The position numbers and the translations under genes are program-made. A stretch of DNA of 64,000 nt from Marsupella aquatica (Eukaryota > Plantae > Marchantiophyta): the NCBI GenBank assembly GCA_973895155.1, contig OZ316891.1, forward strand, positions 19,617,048 to 19,681,047, read 5' to 3'. Positions 1-12,436 of this stretch are shown here, piece by piece. The notes beneath the pieces were generated by a model that was not told where the DNA came from, ran no database searches, and saw nothing but the letters and a program-made list of their open reading frames with translations. Positions within the stretch are counted from its first letter, which is position 1. The number at the start of each line of letters is the position of its first letter.

Positions 1-1680
1 GCACGGTCCTTGGATCTCATTCACTTGTTCCTTCGTCTTCCTTCAAAAGTTGCACATTCCTTTGCACCTTTGGGACTTGACTCTCGTCGTCTCTCCTACA
101 CATTGGACCCATTAAATTGACAGTCATACGTAATCTTCTTGTGAAGGCGACCACGTCCATCACATAAGTACAACTCAAATGTGTCCTCGAGCTTCAGTGG
201 ACGAACGTCATTGAACTTGAGACGCCATCCAGGACGGTCAATCATTTTTCACTGGAAATCATCACTGAGAGATAGCTTAGTGGTTTGAATATCTTGATCG
301 GCCGATTCCTGGCCTTAATGCTGGAACTATTGTTCTGACACTTTTGTTGATTTTGTTGTCTACATCCTACAAAATGAACCCAAAAAAATCTCAACCTGTT
401 GTATGCTCTTTGAATTTTTTTTCCCTACCATCGTGACTGCTCTCGTCTGCTTTCGATGGCAGATTGGTTCAGACGCCTTCCTGTTCTTCTTTCATTATAG
501 ACACCTGTTGGGAATATATATTCTATCTTTTCCCTTCCTTCTTACACTTCAAATTGAAACTGATCATCAATTTCAGTGCCTCTGCATCGATATACATATT
601 CTGTCAACTCTCTCCGATTCATAATCGATCTCGTCAAGAGTTTTGTTTCCTTCTTGAATTTGTGGGTTGCTTGATTGTGTACCAATTGTCTCTCTGCGAG
701 ATACGTGGTACGCCTTCCAACAGTTAACACGTGAAACTGCAACAGGTTGCACGCCTTGAGGATTGATCTACCACCATTGAGTATTTACTTTAATTTTAGG
801 TCTAAATTCATCATGGCTAACTAAGGGCCTAAAGACTGTAGACAACATATTACTGATGTTGCTTGAGTTGCTGTCGGAGAACTGGTATCGAGCTGTGTAG
901 TTCCATGCCCACGAATCCGGTATCTCTGTTAGGTTCGCGTTATCACTTGTACAAGGCCTCTCGCGATTTCCTTTGGGCACAGAATTCAAGGTAAGTCCTG
1001 GCTACATTCCATATTCTTCTTCGTTGTAATCTGACAACTGGTGGGCTACAATACTTCCCAACTCTTACTACCCAACCAAGCGGGACAGCATCTCTTTTTC
1101 AGGTCTGGATACGTTTTGTCTCCCCGTGCTGCTTTGAGTGCTGCTCAATTCTTGGACGAACTACTATCTCCTGCTGCCTGCAATATCTGCAGTTCCCTTT
1201 TCCTTTCAGACGTGTTAAACTTCTAAGGATATCTCCGACTATTGTATCTGCCCCTCCATTGAAGACACCACTCCACTACTGCTTGTGTCCCGGTTCAGCT
1301 TGTTTTATTTCCCAGTCTATTTTAATTTTGTGCCCATCTACATCTACTATTTTTCAGATTAGTCGAGCTTTCTGCCTAGCTTTCCACTTACACGGTCTGC
1401 ATATTGCACATCACTCGTACACGAGCAGTTCTTTAAATTATGTGTCGTCGATTTTTCTTCTGGAGTCCCAGTTCGGACAACTCCCATGGCAAGCAACTGC
1501 AGGCTCAGCAGTTTCTTTCCGAGACCTGGAATCAATTCGATCAGGAATCCAGCGTAGAAGTCCTTTTGCCATGCCTTCACATCTTGATACGAAAACGCAG
1601 GATTTTGAGTATCCAGTCGGGCTCGTCTTGGTGGTAGTGGCCGTCCTTGTCCTTCAGGAGGTCTCGAGTTTAACACATCT
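1..1680 (-). pseudogene. Decayed coding-like remnants of unknown family
   Basis: Consecutive protein-like minus-strand segments (1359-1676, 768-989, 542-742, about 20-300) are broken by occasional stops. No recognisable domain. Confidence 0.25.
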
Positions 1681-4600
1681 GATCTACAAGTGTTGCTTTT
1701 TCACCAACTCCATTCCAGGTGGAATACACATGAATCTCAATGACACAGGATACGAGTTCAACACTTTGAAAAGTTAAGAGAGCATCTACTTTCAGTCCCG
1801 TTCTCCCGTTGAGTGGGTCCTGCCTTCTCGCCCGTTCCTTCGTTTAATCCACTTTTTCGTGGTCTTCTATCTGGTTCCGCCTGTGACATTGTCATTCATG
1901 TTTGTCCCCTCCTCATCTTCTCTGGATTTGTCCTTTGGCGCGTTGGGCTCCATTCTCTGTGGCGGTCGGGTCTGTGTGGCTCTCTGCGGAATGAATCTTT
2001 TGAGTAGTAAGGAGGGTTTCAATGGGTTTGTGTAATTTATGCTCCCTTCTACAGTTGAGTGGGGAGTAATCTGTAGTAGCACACATGGTACTATGATTTC
2101 CCTTTATTGAAATCGTGCAAATTTCGTGTAAAAGAACTATGCTGTCTTTTGGGGGGCACGAAAGAAAGCTGAATCTTATCAAGATCATGGCTAGAACAGA
2201 CTTTGCGGGTAGCACCAGAACACACCAGGACAAAGGTAAAGTACACTTGTAAACAATACACTCATGTAGACTTGACAATTAGAGATCAAGAAGGGAGTGC
2301 ATATTAAACTTCTACAGTAAATGAAGAAAAGAATCCTGAAGGCGGTGCCAGGGACCAGCTGCCATACAAATGAGGACAGAATCTGGAGAGATTTGTAGCG
2401 AGAAAGAGGAGACTAGGTAATGCTGAACTCTAAACAGGTAATACTGGATAGAAGACCTGGACGACAAGACGTGAGAACCTAATGCTCACTTTCATTCTTG
2501 AGAGGAGTCCATCAGATGACTTTGCTTCCCTTCTTGCTGGTGAACATGGAACACAGTACACTCTTCCCTCGATTGCATCACAAACTACGGAACAATTGTG
2601 ATACAGTAGTTATTATAAGTCATTTCGGGTCCCTAATGTTTCCCCTTAAGCCTGAACCCTCTCTCCATGTGAGTTATATAAAGTGCCTTGGACCATGTCA
2701 TGACGTACCCATTTGCATCTTTAAATGAGAAAAATCAAATCCAACGTCTGCAGTTTCGATGAAAGCTTGGCAGAATCGATATATTCGAAATGGAATTGAT
2801 CTCACTCCGTATCTGTTATCGTTAAGTAATTGCTGACAGGATCCCACTCTCCTGCGAATTGTTGCCGGAAAAAAGAATGTCTGATGAGCTGGTCAGACTG
2901 TCTCGTTTGTTGGTCTTGTCTTCCAACCCAGCAAGCAATGAAATCAGTTTAGGGATTGATGCCTCATTCTACCAAACTCATTTCCTCTTTAAAAAAGGTG
3001 CGCCCTCTTGTGCAATGGGCGTGTGTCAACTTGCTGCCGAAGAAACCCTTTTCAAAAAGAAACTTATTAAAAAGATAACGCTGCTGACCTGTCGAGAATA
3101 TTACCTTCCTCAATTGCAAAGCAAAGACAGTGGAGAGAGCGAGAATCCCAACTGCACATGATTATGGGCTCCGAAAAGTTCGAAAAAAGACTCGCAATAC
3201 AGCATTCGAGGAAAAGCCTGCGGAAAGTCAAATGCCTCACGAAGAACACTGGACACAGAACCAACTCAGTTAAAGTAGTGTGATTACGTTCCACTCCATC
3301 ATCGTCATTCTCCCGCTTGACGCAGGTGGGGGCGCCGGTTGTACATTTGGATCAGACGACCACGTACGGGCAAAGAACATCCGACTTTGTGTGAGAATCA
3401 TTGCTTTTCTGCGTCCTTGGTTTCGAAAAGGACAGAATTATGGGGATGGAGTCATCTGAGGACTGAGGCGCTGTTGTGTGAATGCTAAGCTTATTAGTAC
3501 TTTCCAGTCCCTCACTTCACTTTACCTAGTGCATCAAAGCACTAGGTAAAGCTGCAGATCCTCTCCCTGAAACTGTGGCCGTGGCCAAGCCCACATGGCT
3601 CGTCACATTGTTCGTGTGCTGATCTTCTCGTCAATGTGATTTGGAAGAGAAGAATCATCAGAGCTGCATGTATGCATCAATTTGCTGGCCTAAATGGATG
3701 TTTTGCAAGATTGGCAAACCTTCCAGCCCTTTGCAATCCTTCGAAAAACAAATTCAAAACAATCCTTTGTCCTAGGAAAACAAGAGCCCGCAAGGCTTTA
3801 ATACTCAGAATTCAGCAATTTTGGAAGGACTAAATATTTTAGGGCCAGCTACATGGAAGATAAACTCTCAGGTCATACCTCTACCCACTTGGTTGATGCA
3901 ACTCTTGCGCTGTGCAAAGTATAGGATAAAGGAGATCGACCCCGGTCCATTGTCACAAATTTTACGCTCCATGCAAGCCAGCCCCTTTCAATTGCGAAAA
4001 ATGTGCCAACAAAGTACAACCCAAATAGGAGGAAAAGAAAGTACTGTGCAAAGAGTACCAAAGAAAATCTTGAAGAAAATATGGGACTCCTTATAAAGTA
4101 CCAAAGTCTCGTTCACCTAAAATCTATCATCGTCGTCACCATCTACATTTAGCCTAGTGACTAAAGTGCATGCGAAGTGTGATTAGTTGGGCAATCCTCC
4201 TATACGGTGGATCCACATTCAATGTAGTGACTAATTTGGATGCCGAGTGGGATTAGTTGGGGAAGCGTCTGATGATGTGAGTGCTACCCCCAAAGAGATC
4301 TACAATGGATAGCTTGAGATTGGGTCACTTGCAGCATCACTCGAATCCATTGACACAGAAGTAAATACTACTAATAAATAATGGTACTTCTATCAACCAG
4401 CCCATGAGTAAGAGTTTCAAACTATTTGCTAAAGTAATTCTATTGATTGAACTGATGAAGCCTCCTAATATCTCATAAGTTGGTAGCATCCTATTTTTGC
4501 TCCCTTTCCCCGCTACCAACTCTAATTGCCTATCACTTCAGGTACTCAGGCATCAATTTTTCATATTATTTGTAAACCACTGACAAGGAAGTTGACGTTC

Positions 4601-7600
4601 AGGTGGACTAGAACTTTTGACCTAAGGAATCTAATAGACCAAGCACCTGTTGACACTCGAAAAGGTGAGAATTATACAAACGAAAGATTCTACTGTACAT
4701 TGGATTGGGGGCTCTGTTCCTTGTGGATCGCCCCTCAACCCCAATCCCCTAGAAATGGTGTTTTGGAGATGGCTCCACAAGCCATCGAAAGACAGCTGAC
4801 CTGGGAGCTAGTAACCCTGGACATTGTTGACGGCTTAGAGATCGGTCATACTGCCAACAACATTTTTGGGGGTCACGTGCAGGTATGAGGCAGAAGTTGC
4901 ACATGGAACTTGGTCCTGGACAGTTCACTTGGGGAATAAGTTGCACCATTCCTGGCCAGTCCAGTTTTAGTTCTGGTGTGACAGTGGATTCTGGTTCAGC
5001 ATGCAACATGGGTTCTACTCCAAACAGTCTCAGGCTGGATTAATTTGTGCTAAGAGCACAAGAGCATTTAGTAGTTGTAGGGTTTATACAAACCAAAATA
5101 TAAAACGGGCTTTCTGCATCTTCAAGCCAGTTCTGCAATCTGCTGAAAGGATGTGTTGCCCTGATAACAACAGAGCGATCTCAATGAAATTCAATACAAT
5201 ATTTCAAGGCGAAGAAAGTAAAACTCCAAGGTCCTATAATCAAAATGACGTTTGGATGTGGGCTCCCTGCAAACAGAGTCGTATGCCAATAATGCAGTAC
5301 TGCCAAGTTATCAGTGGTCAATCAACCTGTCCACTCTCCATAGCTCGAGTAAAGTATCTTGAAGGGGAGGAGTCCTTGGTCTCACTTCATTGGTTAAATT
5401 ATGACACATAACGGTGTGGCCCCACCCAAATCAGATTGCCAGTGAAAATATCTCTCGTTGTTTTATATCTATTCTAATAAAAACCAGAGGGTGCGCAACA
5501 ACAAGAACCCCATTGTAGATGCACCCCTCTCACAGCACCATCTGGCCTAGTCAGTCAGGGGGTGGGACCTCAACGTCACATAACAAGAGTACCACTCATC
5601 ATAGTTGTGGTCAGCATTTTAAGCCATGGTGATTTTTCACGAGTTTTCATACTCAGGTCTCTTTTCATTCTTACTTTGTTGTTGTCATAATAAGCTCTTG
5701 TCCTTGAACAAAGAAGAGCTGATGTGGCAAATCTGACTGGAAAGGTAATTATTCACGCCAATTCAGATCGTCCATGTCCATCACAGTACATGCTATATTC
5801 TGTTGCTGAATGGTTTATTGTTGAGTTCCTATTGGGAGAGTTTTCAACTTTTTTAAAGGTATTCTGTTGTTGTCTCGGTGGAATATCTAGCGACGGTAGC
5901 TAGACCTTCATGACTTGTCAATGGGTTAGAATACTGGTTTCTAATGAGTCCTTTCTTTATTGTTGAGATAAATTCGTCTCACGTCCCATTGGAAGCAGTA
6001 ATCTTGCTTCATCTTGTCCGCTCATTAAAGTGCGGTCGGTCCTTCATCACTGTTTCACTACTAGTTTTTGGTCGACTCTCTCGTTGGAATATCTAGACCT
6101 TGAGAATTGTCATTGGGTTACGATACTCGAGGGTTAAGGCCCATTCGTTCTCGTTTCAGATTCATTAGATTCTCACTTCCTATTGGAAGCAGTTTAATTT
6201 AGCAGGACAAGAGCGTTTGACTGCTTCACCTCAATTTGTGGAGGCGTTCCGACAATTGAGCAAGTTGCAACATGAACGAGGTGTACCAGTATGTGAGGAA
6301 CACTTGTCATTTTAGAAGAGGTGAATGCAAGTCTGCAGCAGTGTAGCTAGTTGCTCGTCTGAAATATAAATAATGGTCATGGTAAGATAGTCTATACCTA
6401 TCACAAAACTGCAAAAGATATTTTTGCAAAGCCTTTCTATACCTATCACGAAACTGCGAAAGATCTGTAAAGTCTTCCTTTTGTTCCACTCTCATTTGAG
6501 AATTTTTGAAAGTTTTGTGAAGATTTTACATCTATAGGATTTTCCATGAATAGACATCTCCACCAAGGATAACATATCATTGAATAGGTAGGTCAAGTGA
6601 GTGAGAGAGTGATAAGTTTTGTGTAACGAATTGTGCAACGAATTGTGAACAAAGTAGCCCTTCAATTCAAATTGAGATGTAGTGATCGATAAAACACAAT
6701 GTAACTACTTGAACATGATGTCATTTCTCAAACACAAATCAGTGTCCTTCAAAACCCAAAGTCTTTTTTGGAAACTCCAACACCATGTCCAGGGCCTTAA
6801 TTTAATAGAGGACCCCTTGGCTCACTAATGGAATACATGCCCAGCAGCGGAAGACGGTAGTAGCCAAGAGGAACTAACTGACAGAACTAAGCTACAACTA
6901 CAGAGTGGACAAATACTAGAATCATAATCAAGCTCCAGATCTTTCCAGAAGCCAAAATTAGACGTCCATAATACATGAGGGGTGAGGGTAGACTTATCAC
7001 GAAGTCAGCGCTTCGTATTAAATGGAGGCAGCCCTTCTCTCACTTGATCTGAATGAGGGCGGGAGGGTCGGTGTGTGTGTTGAGGGCTGGGGTAGGCCAA
7101 AATGCTTGGAAAATCACTTAGGGTAATGTAAAATAACAAACACACCGAGTGAGAGAGAGAGAGATCAAGTGATAACAAACCTTTTAATCTCTATCCCAAA
7201 CTTTTTGCTCAGATAGGATTCTTAAACTTTCATGATGTATGGGAAGATGTCTGTTGACTGAGATGACTTCAAATCCAAGCTCCCATGGACCATGTTGACA
7301 AGAGACTAGGACTCACCATTGCAACTCTAATGGATCACTTTGAATAGTTACTTTTTATTCCATTAGCATGTACCCTTCAAAGAAATCCTCATTGTTTTGG
7401 GAGAGTAAAATGCTTGGTCCATAAAAAGTATCAATGCCACCATCAACTTTGAGATGATCCGGATTTAGAAAAAAAACATTCTATATTCTCTCACTAGGGA
7501 AATTGATACTAGGATGGGCCTCAATGTTCAACCAGGAGACCCAACAGTGTAACAACATACAAAATAGTAATGTTTGAAATGTTCAGAGGAATGTTTTGAT

Positions 7601-7630
7601 GGACCAATTTATTTAATTTACTTTTCTTCA

Positions 7631-8008
7631 ACAATCCAAACTCTGTATGGTTGAAGTGGATGAATCCACTGTTTTACTTTGTTAACAGTATTCCTGACTG
7701 ACTATGCTGACGTGGATCCACCTCGTTTAGAAAATGCATGGGGCTAAAGTGCATGAAATGACAAAATGCTGGTTGTGATTAAAACAGAACCCTGACGAAT
7801 GACAGAATTTGACACACAACTTAGATGTACCACTGTAACCTGGATGGACCACTTTCAAACGTTTCAAACATGCACTTTAACCCCATGCACTTTAACCCCA
7901 TGCACTTTCAAAACGAGGTGGATCCACGTCACAATACTTAGTTAAGAATAGTTATAACAAAATAAAAAAGTATCTTCATCCACTACAGCCATATAGATTT
8001 TGGATTGT
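7631..8008. mobile_element. Foldback/MITE-like element with long imperfect inverted arms
   Basis: 7631-7755 is the imperfect reverse complement of about 7880-8008. A perfect 21-bp core, TGACGTGGATCCACCTCGTTT (7708-7728), pairs with 7911-7931. An internal CATGCACTTTAACCC repeat is present. Confidence 0.75.
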
Positions 8009-8699
8009 GGGAGACAGAAAAGAAAAAAGATTTGGATCGTGATCCATAAAAGTTATGACTCAGCGAACCTACTCGAATTGAAAAGCAATAATCTATCCAT
8101 CATTGTGTGGGGTTCCTTTGGGTGTTTTTGGTGCCCTTTCCGAGATATTTTTATTTATTATTTATATTTTTATCAATAAAATAATATCTTTCGAGGTTAT
8201 CAGACTGGTGCAGCGAATCTACCCAAGGTACTGTCGTACCAGATATGATAGAGTAGTGGTGTACAGTATTGTAAAATAGTAGAGTAGACTAGAGTATGGA
8301 TGGGAATCGGATCATATGTCCCCAAAACACGGCTTTCGTTATACAAACCCCGAGCTGAGAATAATAGATTGTGGAAGGAGATATTCTCCACATGGTTGAA
8401 ACCTGAAAGCCCTGATCCAACAGCGATGAGTAAGTAGTAAAACATTATATTAAATAAGGGAACACAAAGACTGACGAGAGTTGTGATAACTTTGGTTCGC
8501 CTTGAGGGCTGTAGTTGGCCCTCAGATTTTCGGCCCTCAGATTTTCGGCCCTCAACTCTCCCAAAATTGCTGGGAAAAAGTAGTCAGGGATGCACTAGAC
8601 CATTTATGGTGCTGCAACGTGTCACTGGGCCAGGCCCTTTGCATAACAAGTTCAGGGAAAAGGCAATTTGTTTAATTGGACATCTACCTCAAGGGCAAG

Positions 8700-10080
8700 A
8701 CAGTTAGGCGCCTTTGTCCTTCAGCTTCCAACTTTTGAACTGCTCCTAAGGGGGTTGCATGAAATTCTCCATGTCTAATATGACGCCAGATATCCAATTT
8801 GAGGCCATACAAATGAGGGCCGATTACGTGTAACTACAGTAGCTCTTACATTAGTGGCCTTGAACTGATCATCTGGCAACACATTATTTAAGGAGAACTT
8901 TATGGGTGAATTGCCCTGAATTTCAATCACATGTTTAACCGGACACTGAAAAGCAAAAGTAGGAAACTTTCCTACCCTTGATGTCCCAACATCTGGAAAA
9001 AAAATGCTCTCTAGGGAGGCGTCAAGTCGACAAGGAAATCTAACCCTTCCAACACATAGCCACACCATAGATTTGATCTTGTCCATTGCTTAAGACATTT
9101 TCCACCCAGTTTAGAAAGATTTTAGAACCTGTTACATGCAAGACAGCCCCGAAGGTCGTCCAACAAAACTGTTCACCGCAAACTCAAGTTAAGCAATTTT
9201 TGGCTGCACAGGTGAATTAGTGTCACCTAATCAAAAGAAAGTGATACACTTTGAACAGTTGTTTTTGGTCCAATCTGAGGAAGGTGGGTGCCCCAGGCTG
9301 TGCATGAAAATACTTGACCCTTAATGTATGCAATGTAGAAAGGCCTTATTCAGTTATTCCCCTCCTATTTTAGTAACGCTGTAACAGTAATTTCACGCTC
9401 ACACTAATTACATGCTAACGCTAAAATCGATGAGGGGTGAACTTTCTCATGTGAGACAAGTACTGCCAAAATCAGAGCAAATTGCACCATTATTTTATCC
9501 CATTTGGGCCAGCAGGACGAGGTGCACATGCTGGTTGCAGGGATCTTAAATAAAATATTGTTGCAGTCCATCATTATACTCGTGTGATGAATTCTGGCCT
9601 CTGGGGGCAGACAAATCGAGAGCAACAAAAAGACAAAGATACCTTTTCAAAGAAAATGCAGTAATAATGAAGTTTTCATTCAAGGATTCCTTCAAATTCA
9701 AGGCTACCTTTTCAATATGTCTGCTAACGCGGGAGGCTTTTTTGAGGGACAAGAAAACTTGCGGTTGTACTTTTCGGCGCTTTCTCAGTCAATTTTAAAT
9801 TCATAAACCTTGCTTCTTCCCAAAAAAGCAATGCTGGGATCAACGACAATGTGTAATTATGCTAGACCTAGGAACTTGTCGAACCCAAAACTATGACCAT
9901 TTATGCATTGAAGATATACTATTTGAATTCAACCTAACATTTGCAGATAGTCCCTCCGACTTACAGTAGTCTAACAGTACTAACATTATGACCCATCTAA
10001 GCTTCTGTTTCTGCTTCCAAGGATTTTATCTGTACAGAAAACTACATTACGCTCTCCGTTAATGAGCAAATGAACCTGCA
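8700..10080 (-). pseudogene. Decayed coding-like remnant of unknown family
   Basis: After a GTGCAG acceptor-like site near 9205, one minus frame reads PKIA*LEFAVNSFVGRPSGLSCM*QVLKSF*TGWKMS*AMDKIKSMVWLCVGRVRFPCRL... All four stops there are TAA, compatible with CAA>TAA. No family was recognised. Confidence 0.3.
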
Positions 10081-10650
10081 TGTGTCAGAATGTTGCCAAA
10101 TACCTTGGGTGGACCATTTTCAAATGTTCTTCTGAACTCACATACTATATTTCCTTTGTAAGAGATGGTCTCACTTTTGATAAAGCTGTCAGGTCTATTT
10201 GAGTTGTGTAATCAAATCCTGTGGTTCATCCAAATAATTTCCTTCAATGGATCTTCGATCTAATAACAATTCAGAAAGAGACGTCCCCAGGAGCCCCAAA
10301 GAAGCAGGAATATGCTCGTTGGTTATTTAGTTGTGTCATTAAATTAATTAATTCTTTGTTTATTTTTATGTGTCATTGAATGACTCGATGCTATCACTCG
10401 TTAAAGCTTGAATTGACTTTGGTGCCTTCAAGAGCAAAGAACTAGATTGATTCTAATGTGATGTAAGATTTTAAAGATGTACATCTAAATATTATAATAT
10501 ACAAACCTGTATATTCTTTCTCAAGGTCTGTGTACAAAACAGAAAGCCTCCTTGACCTTTGATTATGGTGACATTGTTTCATAACTATGAGATGTTCAAT
10601 GAGGCATTGCACAATTTTTCCATGCCCAACCCATCACTCTCCCCCTCCGT

Positions 10651-10737
10651 CTCAGATCAGACACTCCTTAAAGCCAGTTGCCACATCAACTCACTCAGAT
10701 CAGACACTCCTTAAAGCCAGGTGCCACATCAACTCAC
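10651..10737. repeat. About 44-bp tandem duplication
   Basis: TCAGATCAGACACTCCTTAAAGCCAG(T/G)TGCCACATCAACTCAC occurs twice. Confidence 0.85.
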
Positions 10738-12436
10738 CAACGCCACGTAGCATCCAATTGCGTCATCCAACTAACTTATGTGTCACAACTTACGCCAAAC
10801 ATCATTTATTATCAACAGTGGGACTTAGGGTCAATGGGCTAAACAATCCTGCCCAAGCATGTTCATGGGTATACAAAACTTGCGTAACAAAGTATCTCAA
10901 CCATTGGATTTAATAGATAATTTTTGAGACCCGTGGATCCTCCGAAACGGGCTCCCACAAAAAGTGGTGAGACACTTCAGGCTACACATGATGGTAGAAG
11001 GTACACTACATTTGATGGCAGGCGAAAGGGGCAAGTACAAGATATGTACAGAAGCTTTTAAGAGGGTGAGGATTCCCTCAAGTGTGGTTTTTAATTTACT
11101 CTGTGTAGGTATATGTGCATTTAATACAAGGTGGAAGGGGCAAGGCACCTCCGAATGCGTTTTTCTGTTTATTTAATCTTTTAATATCTTATGGTGCTCT
11201 AAGTAATCCATCACCTGTGACTGGGAAGAAGGATAATAGTTTGGCAATCACAACAACTATTCCAACAGACAGGCAGGATTACCCCTACATTGCATTCAGT
11301 GAAAGTTTACAAAGATTGGTCAGGATAACACTTTTTCTGTAGTTTCGCTCCTTGTGTTTAGCCGGTGTGGCGGTGTAAAGAAAAAGGGGAGCAGTGAGTT
11401 GTCTTATAGGAATTTTTCCAGCCAACTTCTTGGGACACTCACTCTTGCCATGCACTCTGTATATTCTTTCTTTTCAGACTATAGCACAGTTTTCGCGTCA
11501 CTTCGACTACCCTCTTGCACTCAGTTTTTCTCGGAATCCAGTTTTCTCAGTTGCATTAGCTTGCTCTTGCCGAGGCGCATCAAATCGATATAAAACACGT
11601 CCAAAACGGTGCCGTATCGACATACTTATGGTCACATTCGTTTTCGTCGTTTTTCAGTCATTTTTCTGCGATTTTCGTCTTCCTTTCGACGGTCATATCT
11701 CGGTCAATCTTTCACGGATTTCAGATTTCTCAAGTGCTTTGTATAGCTCTTCTCCGGGAGAATCAGATTGATCCCAAGAGCGGTCCAATTGGTCTCCTAT
11801 TGCCCCGATTGGACTTTGATTAGCTCTCACGTTTTTTCTTCAATTTCTACCGTTCTCACTTTCAATTAGCTTTGGGGTCCTGTAACAGTTCCTCGTTCAC
11901 GGAATCCGGCATTCTCATGTGATTTGGCCAGCTCTTGTCCGGGAGTGCAACATCTATCCCTACCGCGGTCCTTTTGGTGACATATCAACCACTTTCGGCT
12001 CAGATTACGATTCTGATTTACTCCTCCATTTTTGGTGACGGTTTCCCCTGATCAGCTTTGGAGCATTCTTGTCTTGCCACGTTTCTCCTCCGATTGGTGG
12101 TTGCCTTTCTTCTTCAGTTCTGACAAGGTGGTTTTTGCCAAGTTTAGTGGACCAGTTTGCATTCCACCATCTTTGGGAGCTGTAGCAGCACGCTCAAATC
12201 AGCGAAGAGATATTCACTTGCATCGACTCCTCAACGGACACATCGACGAGTGCTCCAGCTTTGTTCCCGGCTGTGCCTGCACGTGCTCAACGGTTTTCTA
12301 GGCTACCGGTGGCGCCGCTTCTCGGATTTTGACGTGGTGGGCTCTCTCCATAGCCTTCCCTTTCTTTTCACATGTCTTGGTTGGGCCTTTTGTCGCTTCT
12401 TGATGCGCTTTTGCTTTTATCGGGTTGCGACCTGTC

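Noticed and set aside
2140-2150. AAAAGACAGCA shared with the retroelement 3' junction as a target-site signature
   Set aside because: The same 11-mer also occurs near 22729 with no element, so it is not discriminating.
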